DNA of 32,000 bases, taken from contig CAWGDD010000012.1 in the NCBI GenBank assembly GCA_963821285.1, positions 9,027 through 41,026 of the forward strand, read 5' to 3'. The position numbers were made by a program, and so were the translations under genes. Positions 15,151 through 23,667 of this stretch are shown one piece after another (the stretch's first letter is position 1; each line of letters opens with the position of its first letter). The notes under the pieces were generated by a model. The model had not been told where the DNA came from. It saw only the letters and a list, made by a program, of their open reading frames with translations, and made no database searches. Source of the DNA: an uncultured Acidobacteriota bacterium (GTDB lineage: Bacteria > Acidobacteriota > Vicinamibacteria > Vicinamibacterales > CAVVIG01).

Positions 15151-16533
15151 CTACAACGCGTTCAGAAAAGCGACCAGATCCTCCTTCTCGCGGCGCGTGA
15201 GGCCGATGGTGAACCGGGTGTCGTAAAAGTCCACGACCTCCTCGAGCGTCGCCGCCGATCCGTTATGGAAATACGGTGCGCGGGCCGCGAGGGCCCTCAG
15301 GATCGGCCCCTTGAACTTGCCGACGTCGTCCCACCTGCCCGTCACCATCGCCCGGCCTGGATCCGTGGTCGTGACGGTCTCGTTCGTCGTTTTGCGCCTG
15401 AGGTAGTACAGCGGCAGGTCGGGCGTGCGGCGCGACGCGTCCGTGAGGCCGATGTTCAGCGCCATCGAGACGGAATGGTTGCCGGCGTTTGGCGTGTCGT
15501 GGCACACGGTGCAGGTCCCGGTGAGCTCACCGGCAACCGGATCGGTCGCGTCCCGGTTCAGGCCGCCGACCTTGTCGATGACAAAGGTTTTCGTGTTGAA
15601 CAATTGCTCGCCCCGCGCGATCGCCCGCCGATCTGGCGACTCGTGACGGTCCCAGCCGGAAAACAGCGTGAAGACATCCGGATCCAGACCGCCCGACGGC
15701 GCCGCGCAGGCCCCGGGCATCACCGGGAGCATGTTCAGCGGATCGTTGATGCCGATGCAGAAGGGCTGAACGGCGAGCGCCCGCGGGCCTCCCTGCGCGC
15801 CGTGCGCACGGAGGCTTCCGGCGCCGCGGTCGTGCGTCTGTGCGGTGAACAGCCCGAGCTCGAACTCGACGATCGCGTCAGCCTGCGCCGGCGACAACGG
15901 CGCACCTTGCGCGTGTCCGGTCGTCGCATCGATGGCCTGGGTGACGAGATCGGCGCGAATCGCCTGGCCGCTGACGGTCTCGCGGCCGTCCCACATGACC
16001 GTGCTCAGGAAGCTGAGGTTGGTGGAGGGCAGCGGCCGGCGGAACATCGAGGCTTCCGACAGCGGAGCGCCGCAGGAGTACGGATCGTCCACGTCGTTGA
16101 TCGTGAACTCCGCGTTCGCAGGAACGGCCAGTTCGACACGGATCAGCCCTTTGGCCAGCAGCAGGCTGAAGGCCGCGCGGCGCTTGCCCGTCGTCGAGGT
16201 GTCGGCCCCTTCGCAGTTCGATCCGTCGTTGGTGCGGAAGATCGGGTCGCGCCCCCTGGTCTCCTCGAATCGTTCGCGAATGCGGGCCGGCGTCACGGTC
16301 CAGGCCTGATCGGGCTGGTGGCACGTGAAGCACGTCCGCCCGTTGGTGCCAAGATCCTGGAAGAACGGATTCTTTAGATCGAACGAGTCCGCCGTCGTGA
16401 TGGTGCGCTGCAACCCGGCTTGATCGGCGAACGTCAGCTGGTTGTGCAGCGGTTCGTCATCGGTGTGTGCAACTGCGGCCAGTCCACCACCCACGATGCA
16501 GATCGTTCCGATGATACCGGCTGCTCGTCGCAC
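15151..16533 (-). CDS. di-haem cytochrome c peroxidase family protein (CCP/MauG-like)
   Basis: Two CxxCH haem motifs (TCFTCHQPD, TCTVCHDTP). C-terminal APYFHNGSAATLEEVVDFY is typical of the CCP family. Start placed at GTG 16533 (AGGGAG 7 nt upstream), giving an N-terminal TM/signal segment RRAAGIIGTICIVGGGLAAVA. Confidence 0.85.
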   Translation of the reverse strand: MRRAAGIIGTICIVGGGLAAVAHTDDEPLHNQLTFADQAGLQRTITTADSFDLKNPFFQDLGTNGRTCFTCHQPDQAWTVTPARIRERFEETRGRDPIFRTNDGSNCEGADTSTTGKRRAAFSLLLAKGLIRVELAVPANAEFTINDVDDPYSCGAPLSEASMFRRPLPSTNLSFLSTVMWDGRETVSGQAIRADLVTQAIDATTGHAQGAPLSPAQADAIVEFELGLFTAQTHDRGAGSLRAHGAQGGPRALAVQPFCIGINDPLNMLPVMPGACAAPSGGLDPDVFTLFSGWDRHESPDRRAIARGEQLFNTKTFVIDKVGGLNRDATDPVAGELTGTCTVCHDTPNAGNHSVSMALNIGLTDASRRTPDLPLYYLRRKTTNETVTTTDPGRAMVTGRWDDVGKFKGPILRALAARAPYFHNGSAATLEEVVDFYDTRFTIGLTRREKEDLVAFLNAL

Positions 16534-16639
16534 GGCGTCGCTCCCTGGTGTTCTAAAGACCTTGAAAAACCGCTGACGAGAACTGAACGCCAGCTGAAAG
16601 CTGGTGCGTGGCGGGAACGCTTCGTTACATGTCCAGACT

Positions 16640-17224
16640 TCAGGCCATCCGCCGCGGTACGGCGCCGTCCTTGAACGAGCCGACGCCATACTGCCTCGAC
16701 TGCCCCTTCGGGATGCTCAGCGTGGTCCACCGGTCGCCCGCCACGTGCCGCGCGACGTAGACGATCTGACCGACGTGATAAGCCACGTGCGTCACCAGGC
16801 GGTTGAGCGCTTCGACGACGAGGAACGGCTCGCGGCGGATGTAGACGGTGCGCGTCAGATCGCCCGGCTCGAGCGCGTCGATCGACGCGAGGGCGACAGC
16901 GAACCCCGATTCCCACCACTCCAGGATCTCCGCGCGGGACGGCGCCGCCGCATCCAGGGGCATCTCGAATTCCCCGTCGCGGTCGCGGTCGGGCTTCTCG
17001 CCGTCGGTCGTCAGGAAATCCCGGAAGCGGGAGCGCAGGTTGCCGCCGATGTGCTTGACGACCGTCGCGATGCTGTTCGAGCCCGCGTCGATTTGGCGCA
17101 GGAGGTCGGCGTCGGCAACGACCTGGGCCATCGCCGCGTCGCCGAGCTTCTTGTACATGCGGAACGACCGCAGCGTGTCGGCGAGATACGCCCTGGACAG
17201 CGCGTCCGATGCATCGGCTTCCAT
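16640..17224 (-). CDS. DinB/DUF1572-family protein
   Basis: Start moved to ATG 17224. 194 aa. The pattern ...VVKHIGGNLRSRF...LVTHVAYHVGQIVYVARH... is typical of DinB-like four-helix-bundle proteins. The upstream part of the track ORF only translates a repeat array. Confidence 0.75.
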   Translation of the reverse strand: MEADASDALSRAYLADTLRSFRMYKKLGDAAMAQVVADADLLRQIDAGSNSIATVVKHIGGNLRSRFRDFLTTDGEKPDRDRDGEFEMPLDAAAPSRAEILEWWESGFAVALASIDALEPGDLTRTVYIRREPFLVVEALNRLVTHVAYHVGQIVYVARHVAGDRWTTLSIPKGQSRQYGVGSFKDGAVPRRMA

Positions 17225-17262
17225 GATGCCGATCGTTATACACCCATCGGGGTAGAATCTTT

Positions 17263-17436
17263 CCGGTCCTCGGGCCTTGGTACTGGTCCTTGGTCCGTTC
17301 TTGGTCCTTGGTCCGTCCTTCGTCCGTGGTCCCATGGTCCATGCTGTCCGCTGCAGATCGCCGTGCCGCGCACCAGGAACCAAGGACCGAGGATGGACCA
17401 GGGACCAGAACGAAGGCCCAAGGCCCAGAGACCACC
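17263..17436. repeat. inverted pair of GGTCC / GGACC-core arrays (18-nt super-period in left arm) with 27-nt spacer
   Basis: Left arm 17263-17343: ggtcctcgg gccttggta ct ggtccttggtccgttctt ggtccttggtccgtcctt cgtccgtggtcccatggtccatg. Spacer 17344-17370. Right arm 17371-17436: ...aaggaccgaggatggaccagggaccagaacgaaggcccaaggcccagagaccacc. It lies in the divergent gap between starts 17224 (-) and 17459 (+). Confidence 0.9.
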
Positions 17437-17458
17437 TTCAGAAAACGAGAGGACAGGG

Positions 17459-19936
17459 ATGACCGACCGCGAGCGCATGGAAGACGTAGGGTTCATGACG
17501 TGCATGACCCTCACGCTGCTGGGAAACTACGCCCAGACGGGGCATTTCGGCGGGCCGCTGGCCTACACGCCGTTCAACGTGGCCACCCACCTGGCCGGAC
17601 CCGACAACGGCGGGCTGCGCTACGACTACCGGCGCCCCAAGCACCCCTACAGCGACAAGTTCATGCTCGCGGCCGGACACTGCGCGCCGACCTGCTACGC
17701 GCTGTGGATGATCATGGGCGAGGCCCTCGCCCGGCGGCATCAGGCGACCGGCGACAAGAAGTACCGCGTCGCCCCCGACGTCGCGATGCTGTCGATTGAC
17801 GCGCTGGGCTTCCGGCGCGGCGCGGGCGCGCTGAAGACGCTCCTCGCCGACAACGGCCTCGCCGATCACCCGCGGTTCGCGCAGGCGAAGGGCCGCGGCA
17901 TCCGCGCGCTGTCCGGACACATCGAGTCCACCGACGTCACCAACGATGTCAACGGCGGACCCTCGGGCGTCGGCGTCGCCACGGCGGCCGGCAAGGCCGC
18001 GTTCTGGGACATCGTCGGCGCGCCCATGGGCCGGCCGAAGATCGTCGCGTTCGAAGGCGAGTTCGCCATGTGCGCCGGACACGCGCAGGAACTGAAGACG
18101 CAGGCCATCGCGCTCCAGACCGGCAAGCGCCTGCGCGTGTTCTTCTCCGACAACAACGCCGGCATCGACGACGCGCTTATCGGCGGCGTGGTGCACAGCA
18201 AGTTCGAGGGCTACAAGCTGAAGGAGCAGTGGACGTCGTACGGCTGGAACGTCTTCACGATCGCCGACGGCCACGACTACGGCCAGATTACGGACGTCCT
18301 GAAGAAAATGGAAGGCTGGGATCCGGACGACCGGCGGCCGATGATCGTCATCGGCAAGACGACGAAGGGCTACTGGCCCACAGCCGTCGGCGGGAAGATT
18401 CTAGGCGCCGGCGACCAGATCGTCGGCTACCAGAGCCATCCGTTCGCCTTCAAGATGAACACCGACTACATCGTCGCGCTCGCGCGGACGTTCGAGGAGC
18501 GGTACGGCGTGAAGTTCGAGGGGATGGAGAAGGGGCCCGTCACCGACACGAAGGAACGGCTGCTGCAGTTCAAGACGAACATGGACGTGGCGATGTCCGT
18601 GCTCGATCGCAACGGCCTCGGCGACTGGCTGTCGGATCGGCTCGTCGAGCTCGGCGACATGGTGAAGGACGAGTTCCCGCTCCGCATCGATGTAACGAAG
18701 GATCCCTTCCTCGACGATCGCCTGCGCGTCGCCAACCTGCCCGAAGGCACCCAGACGCTGGCGGTGACGAACCCGAGCGGCGCGAAAAAAGACGTGAAGG
18801 TCGCGCTGTTCCGCAAGGCCGGCGAGACGGCCGGCGCGCGGCGGGCGATCTCCGAGATCATCAAGTGGCTGAACTACGTGACGGACAACCGCGTGCTGAC
18901 CGTCGCGGCGGATCTGTCCGAGTCCGTGAACCTCGAGCACGGGAGCCTCTGGGGCCACTACGATCCTGACACCAACCCGAGCGGCACGAGGCTCAAGGCC
19001 GCGATTCAGGAAGCGGGCAACGTCTCGACCGCCATCGGCCTCGTCAGCCAGAACGCGTCGGTCGATCCCGACAAGTTCGCCGGCGTCTGGGCGTTCAGCG
19101 GCACGTACGGCGCGTTCACGCCGCTGATGTATCTGCCCGCGCGTGTGTGGAGCCAGCAGAACCAGGACAGCCGTTTCCGCACGGGCGTGCTGCACATCCT
19201 GTCGGCGCACTCGGGCCCCGAGACGGCGGCCGATGCCCGCACGCACTTCGGCATCTTCTCGCCGCAGGTGTGGAAGCTGTTTCCGCGGGGACAGGTCATC
19301 AACCTGAGCTTCTGGGACTACAACGACGTGGCGGCCGGCTACTTCGCGGCGGCCGAGATCGCGGCGCGCGACAAGAAGGTGGGCATCATCACGATCGAGG
19401 TCGCGCGGCCCGACTTCCCCGTCGCCGATCGCAGCACATTCGCGGACACGGACCTCAAGGCCGCGGCCAAGGGCCTGTACGTCATCCGCGACTTCGCGCC
19501 CGGCAAGCCGACGCACGGCTACGTCGTCGCGCAGGGCTCCAGCGCGACGTTCAACCTCGTGACCATCCTGCCGCGGCTCGAGCAGGCGGGCATCAATGTC
19601 AAAGTCGTGTCGGCGATCAGCGAGGAACTGTTCGATCGGCAGCCCGAGGCCTACCGGCGGTCGGTGCTTCCGACGGAGGCGCGGCAGGACCTGATGTTCG
19701 TGACCGGCGGCACGCGGCGCATGTGGCCGCTGCGCAACGTCGGCGCGCAGGCCGACGACTATTCGCTCACGGCGGACTGGGACAACCAGTGGCTCACCGG
19801 CGGCCTCGAACCCGACGTCATCGCCGAGGCGCACCTGGACAAGGAGTCGATCTTCGCCGGCGTTCAGCGCTTTGCGAGGGAGCGCGAGCAACGCCTCGAC
19901 GCGCAGCGCTCAGCGCTCGACGCGCTCACGGTGTGA
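17459..19936 (+). CDS. transketolase-like thiamine-diphosphate enzyme, unusually long (825 aa)
   Basis: ATG 17459 with GAGAGGA upstream. QTGHFGGPLAY and SDKFMLAAGHCAPTCYAL align with transketolase SGHPGxxxG and RDRFVLSxGH. The ThDP/Mg motif region reads FEGEFAMCAGH...FFSDNNAGID where transketolases have GDG...DDNxxxID. Confidence 0.75.
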   Translation: MTDRERMEDVGFMTCMTLTLLGNYAQTGHFGGPLAYTPFNVATHLAGPDNGGLRYDYRRPKHPYSDKFMLAAGHCAPTCYALWMIMGEALARRHQATGDKKYRVAPDVAMLSIDALGFRRGAGALKTLLADNGLADHPRFAQAKGRGIRALSGHIESTDVTNDVNGGPSGVGVATAAGKAAFWDIVGAPMGRPKIVAFEGEFAMCAGHAQELKTQAIALQTGKRLRVFFSDNNAGIDDALIGGVVHSKFEGYKLKEQWTSYGWNVFTIADGHDYGQITDVLKKMEGWDPDDRRPMIVIGKTTKGYWPTAVGGKILGAGDQIVGYQSHPFAFKMNTDYIVALARTFEERYGVKFEGMEKGPVTDTKERLLQFKTNMDVAMSVLDRNGLGDWLSDRLVELGDMVKDEFPLRIDVTKDPFLDDRLRVANLPEGTQTLAVTNPSGAKKDVKVALFRKAGETAGARRAISEIIKWLNYVTDNRVLTVAADLSESVNLEHGSLWGHYDPDTNPSGTRLKAAIQEAGNVSTAIGLVSQNASVDPDKFAGVWAFSGTYGAFTPLMYLPARVWSQQNQDSRFRTGVLHILSAHSGPETAADARTHFGIFSPQVWKLFPRGQVINLSFWDYNDVAAGYFAAAEIAARDKKVGIITIEVARPDFPVADRSTFADTDLKAAAKGLYVIRDFAPGKPTHGYVVAQGSSATFNLVTILPRLEQAGINVKVVSAISEELFDRQPEAYRRSVLPTEARQDLMFVTGGTRRMWPLRNVGAQADDYSLTADWDNQWLTGGLEPDVIAEAHLDKESIFAGVQRFAREREQRLDAQRSALDALTV

Positions 19937-19943
19937 ATACGAA

Positions 19944-20051
19944 TTTGGTCATCTGGTCATTTGGTCATCTGGTCATCGTTGTGTGATTGAACCAGTTGTT
20001 CAATCGAACAGAAATGACCAGATGACGAGATGATCAAATGACCAGATTCGA
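19944..20051. repeat. inverted pair of octamer arrays (4 x GGTCATYT / 5 x ARATGAYC) with a nested 8-bp hairpin in the spacer
   Basis: Left arm: ggtcatct ggtcattt ggtcatct ggtcatcg (19947-19978). The spacer contains gattgaac (19985-19992) / cagtt / gttcaatc (19998-20005). Right arm: aaatgacc agatgacg agatgatc aaatgacc agattcga (20012-20051). It lies between convergent stops 19936 and 20058. Confidence 0.95.
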
Positions 20052-20057
20052 GTGTCG

Positions 20058-20414
20058 TCACCGCCATTCGGGCGCGTAGTGGCGGTTGCGCATCTGGCGC
20101 TCGACGCGCAGGCTCCAGCTGAACAGGATGACGACCTCGAGCAGCGCGATCGCGGCATAGATGGAGTACCGAACGAAGGCACTCGGCACCGGCCAGCAGG
20201 TGTAGCCGGCGTCGATGCACCTGGCGATCACCCCGTTCAGCTCGATGGACTCACGCACGATCAGCGCGACGCCGGCGCTGAAAATCAGGATCGTGCCCGT
20301 CAGGTTCCCGAGGATCATCTCGCCCTTGCGCCAGAGCGGCAGGGCGATCAGCCAGCCAGCCAGCGGCGGCACCGTCAGCATCAAGCCGATCCAGCGCCAG
20401 TTCAGTTCAGTCAT
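20058..20414 (-). CDS. small integral membrane protein, unknown function
   Basis: 118 aa with three or four hydrophobic helices (WIGLMLTVPPLAGWLIALPLW, ILGNLTGTILIFSAGVALIV, YSIYAAIALLEVVILFSW). No family recognised. Confidence 0.5.
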   Translation of the reverse strand: MTELNWRWIGLMLTVPPLAGWLIALPLWRKGEMILGNLTGTILIFSAGVALIVRESIELNGVIARCIDAGYTCWPVPSAFVRYSIYAAIALLEVVILFSWSLRVERQMRNRHYAPEWR

Positions 20415-20437
20415 GCGGCCCGGGCGAGGAAGCGCCC

Positions 20438-20692
20438 CTAGGCGGCCCGATCAAATGCGACGCTCCGGGCCGACATGTTCGGCGTGGCCGTCCGGCTGGC
20501 GAGCGTCCAGGAATCCGAGTGATCGCGCCCGGCCGGGTTGACCGCGGCGTCCGTCCACCACTCCTGGTGAAGGCGCGCCTGGTCGGGCAGCGCAAAGCCC
20601 AGCAGGTCTTCAATCTCCGCGAACGTCAGGACCACCGTGTTCGCATATCGCTCGTTCAGGTACTTATAGAGCAGCAGGTATTTTCCCGACAT
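20438..20692 (-). CDS. small conserved-motif protein of unknown function (KYxxLxxYL...LTFxEIExLLGxxLP...WW type)
   Basis: The core MSGKYLLLYKYLNERYANTVVLTFAEIEDLLGFALPDQARLHQEWW...VAFDRA matches a small domain I recall seeing widely in bacteria; I cannot name the family with certainty. No convincing RBS. Alternative upstream starts are at 20791 and 20845. Confidence 0.45.
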   Translation of the reverse strand: MSGKYLLLYKYLNERYANTVVLTFAEIEDLLGFALPDQARLHQEWWTDAAVNPAGRDHSDSWTLASRTATPNMSARSVAFDRAA

Positions 20693-20852
20693 GGCGCGGG
20701 CGGGCGGCTTCACGATCGTCGCGACCGGTAAGTCGACTTCGCGCTGACGGCGCACGGTCCATCGTTTTTGTCGTTTCAGCCAGTCCAGCATGCCAGGCCC
20801 AGTGTACCAGCCATTGAGCCCCCCGCACTGCACAGAAAAAGGCAAGGATTCG

Positions 20853-20881
20853 TCGACAACCCCCGGGCAAATCTGTAGAAT
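20853..20881 (+). promoter_or_regulatory. sigma-70-like promoter candidate for the S8 protease gene
   Basis: TCGACA (20853-20858), a 17-nt spacer, then TAGAAT (20876-20881). It lies about 43 nt upstream of ATG 20924, which is preceded by GAGGAGG. Confidence 0.3.
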
Positions 20882-20923
20882 CCGCGCTTCATCGATTCAC
20901 CCACGCCCATCGAGGAGGTCGCA

Positions 20924-23559
20924 ATGCGCACATTTCTCGGCGCTACCGCCGCGAGTCTTCTGCTCGCCAGCATGATCGGGTACGCGCAGACCGAGCAGTC
21001 CGTGTCGAGACTCGATAACGAATCGTCCGATTCCTGGTTCGTCGAGCTGGCGAGCCCCCCGACCACCGAAGGCACGGCCACCGCCACGCTCGAACGCGAG
21101 GAAGCGACGTTCCACGCGGCCGCCGCGGGCGCCGGCGTCCGGTACTCGCGCGGACGCAGCTACCGTGACCTCTGGAACGGCGTCACGGTGCGCGCGACGG
21201 CCCGCGAAGTGTCGAAGCTGCGCTCGCTCCCGGGTGTACAGGCGGTGTATCCGGTCGTCAAGATCTCGATACAGCAGGCCGAAGAGCCGCCGGGTGACGT
21301 CGCGGATCTGGTGACGGCGATCAAGATGACCGGCGCCGACGTCGCGCAGAGCGTGCTCGGGCTGTCGGGCCGCGGCGTGAAAGTCGCCGTGATCGACACC
21401 GGTATCGACTACAACCATCCAGACCTCGGCGGATGTTTCGGCCGCGGCTGCCGCGTCAGCCTCGGCTTCGATTTCGTGGGCGATGACTTCAATTCGAGCT
21501 CAGCCGACCCGGCGAAGCTGGTCCCCACCCCGATCCCGACCCCGACGACTGCAACGGCCACGGCACACACGTGAGCGGCATCATCGGCGCCAACGGCGTC
21601 ATCAAGGGCGTCGCGCCCAACGTCAGGTTCCGCGCGTACCGTGTCTTCGGCTGCGAGGGCTCGACGACGGCCGACATCATGCTCGCCGCCATGGAGCGCG
21701 CGCGGGCCGACGGCGCCGACGTCGTGAACATGAGCATCGGCAGCGCGCTGTCGTGGCCGCAGTACCCGACCGCGAAGGCCGCCGACCGCCTCGTCCGCCA
21801 CGGCGTCGTCGTCGTCGCGTCGATCGGCAACGAGGGCGCGCTCGGCCTCTACGGCGCCTCCGCGCCCGGCGTCGGCAGGAACGTGATCGGCGTCGCGTCG
21901 TTCGACAACTCGCACGCGAATCTCGTCGCGTTCACGATCTCGCCCGACGCGGCGAAAGTCGGCTACGTGGACGCGGCAGGCGCGCCGCCGACGCCCCTGG
22001 CTGGCTCGTTCCCGATGGCCCGGACCGGCACCACCACGACCACCGACGACGCGTGCGCGGCGCTGACGCCGGGAAGTCTGACAGGCAGCGTCGTCCTGAT
22101 TCGGCGCGGCACCTGCTCGTTCTACCAGAAGGCGTTCAACGCGCAATCGGCCGGCGCGGCGGGCGTCGTGCTCTACAACAACGCCCCGGGCTTCATCTCG
22201 CCGACCGTGGCGGGCACACCGGCCATCACGATTCCCGTCGTCTCCATCAGCGCCGCCAACGGCGCCGTGATCAACGGACGCCTCGCCGGCGGCAGCGTGA
22301 CCATGACGTGGACATCGCTGGTCACCAGCGAAGCGCAGCCGACCGGCGGCCTCATCTCCAGCTTCTCGTCGTATGGCCTGCCGCCCGATCTCAGCTTCAA
22401 GCCGGACATCGGCGCGCCCGGCGGCTCAATCCGCTCGACACTACCGCTCGAGCAGGGCGGGTACGGCAACCTGAGCGGGACGTCGATGTCGTCGCCGCAC
22501 GTCGCCGGAGCCGTCGCGCTCCTGCTCGAGGCACGGCCAGACGCCCGCCCGCAGGAAGTCGAGCAGCGCCTGCAGAACTCGGCGCGGCCGGCGGTGTGGT
22601 GGGGCAACCCCGCGCTGGGCTTCCTCGACAACGTCCATCGCCAGGGCGCGGGCATGCTGCGCATCGACGACGCGGTAAAGGCCGACGCGATCGTGTCCCC
22701 GAGCAGCCTCGCACTCGGCGAGATCGAGACGGGCTCTGTCACGAAGCGGCTCCGCGTCTCCCTGGACGATGACGACGATCACCGCGACCATCATCATTGG
22801 GGCGACAAGCACAAGGGACGCGGCCACGACGATGATGACGACGATACCCCGGTCACGTACACGCTGAGCCACGAGCCGGCGCTCTCGACCGGCGCGAACA
22901 CGTTCACGCCGTCGTTCCGCACCGGCTTCGCGACCGTCACGTTCAGCGCGCCGACCGTGACCATCGGCGGCGGCCACCACCATCACGAGGACGTCGACTC
23001 GATCGACGTCACGATCACGCCTCCTGCGGCGGATCCGGCGACCCGGCTATTCGGCGGGTACATCGTGTTCACCCCTGACGACGGCAGCGGCGTGCTGCGC
23101 GTGCCGTACGGTGGATACAACGGCGACTACCAGGCGATCGTGGCCGTGACGCCGACGCCGGCCGGATTCCCGTGGCTGGCGAAGATCGTCGGACCGAACC
23201 TCGTCAACCAGCCGGGCGGCGCCACCTACACTCTCGTAGGCGACGATGTCCCGTTCCTCCTGCTGCACCTCGACCACCAGGTCAGGACGCTGAAGCTGGA
23301 CGTCATCGACGTGGCGACCGGCGAATCGGCGGGCTTCGCCGACATCGAGGAGTTCCTGCCGCGCAACAGCACCGCGACGTCGTTTTTCGCGTTCACGTGG
23401 GACGGCACCGTGATGCATCGGCCGGGGGGCATGCTCCGGCCGGTCGCCGACGGGGCGTACCGGATTGAACTGTCGGTGCTCAAGGCGCTGGGCGATCCCG
23501 ACAACCCCGCCCACACCGAGCACTGGACGTCGCCGAACATCACAATCGATCGGCCATAA
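20924..23559 (+). pseudogene. secreted subtilisin-like (S8) serine protease with PA-domain insert and C-terminal Fn3-like region; frame broken once near 21528-21534 (possibly a sequencing artefact)
   Basis: Signal peptide. The catalytic Asp (VAVIDTGIDYNHPDL) is in frame 1. DPDPDDCNGHGTHVSGIIG (catalytic His) and GTSMSSPHVAG (Ser) are in the next frame. Frame 1 stops at 21574. The frames can be joined by adding one C to the C4 run at 21528-21531. PA-domain segment: SVVLIRRGTCSFYQKAFNAQSAGAAGVVLYNN. Confidence 0.85.
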
Positions 23560-23562
23560 CTC

Positions 23563-23667
23563 GAGGTCCAAGAGGTCCAAGGTCCGAGGGGTCCGAGGGG
23601 TCCAAGCCCAGGTGGACCTCTCGGACCACTCGGACCTAATCTCTTGTGGTCTTGGACCTCTCGGACT
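23563..23667. repeat. inverted pair of GGTCC / GGACC nonamer arrays
   Basis: Left arm: gaggtccaa gaggtccaa ggtccgagg ggtccgagg ggtccaagc (23563-23607). Right arm: gtggacctc tcggaccac tcggaccta ... ggtcttggacctctcggac (23612-23667). The reverse complement of 23611-23637 matches 23581-23604 with 2 mismatches. The array starts 4 nt after the protease stop. Confidence 0.9.

Noticed and set aside
16319-16334. TGGCAC at 16319-16324 as a sigma-54 -24 element
   Set aside because: It is followed by gtgaagcacg, so there is no TTGC at the -12 position. It also lies inside the cytochrome c peroxidase CDS on the non-coding strand.
16604-17458. The upstream 285 codons of ORF 16604..19936(+)
   Set aside because: It lies antisense to the DinB-like gene and crosses the array palindrome. 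The transketolase homology and a good RBS begin at ATG 17459.
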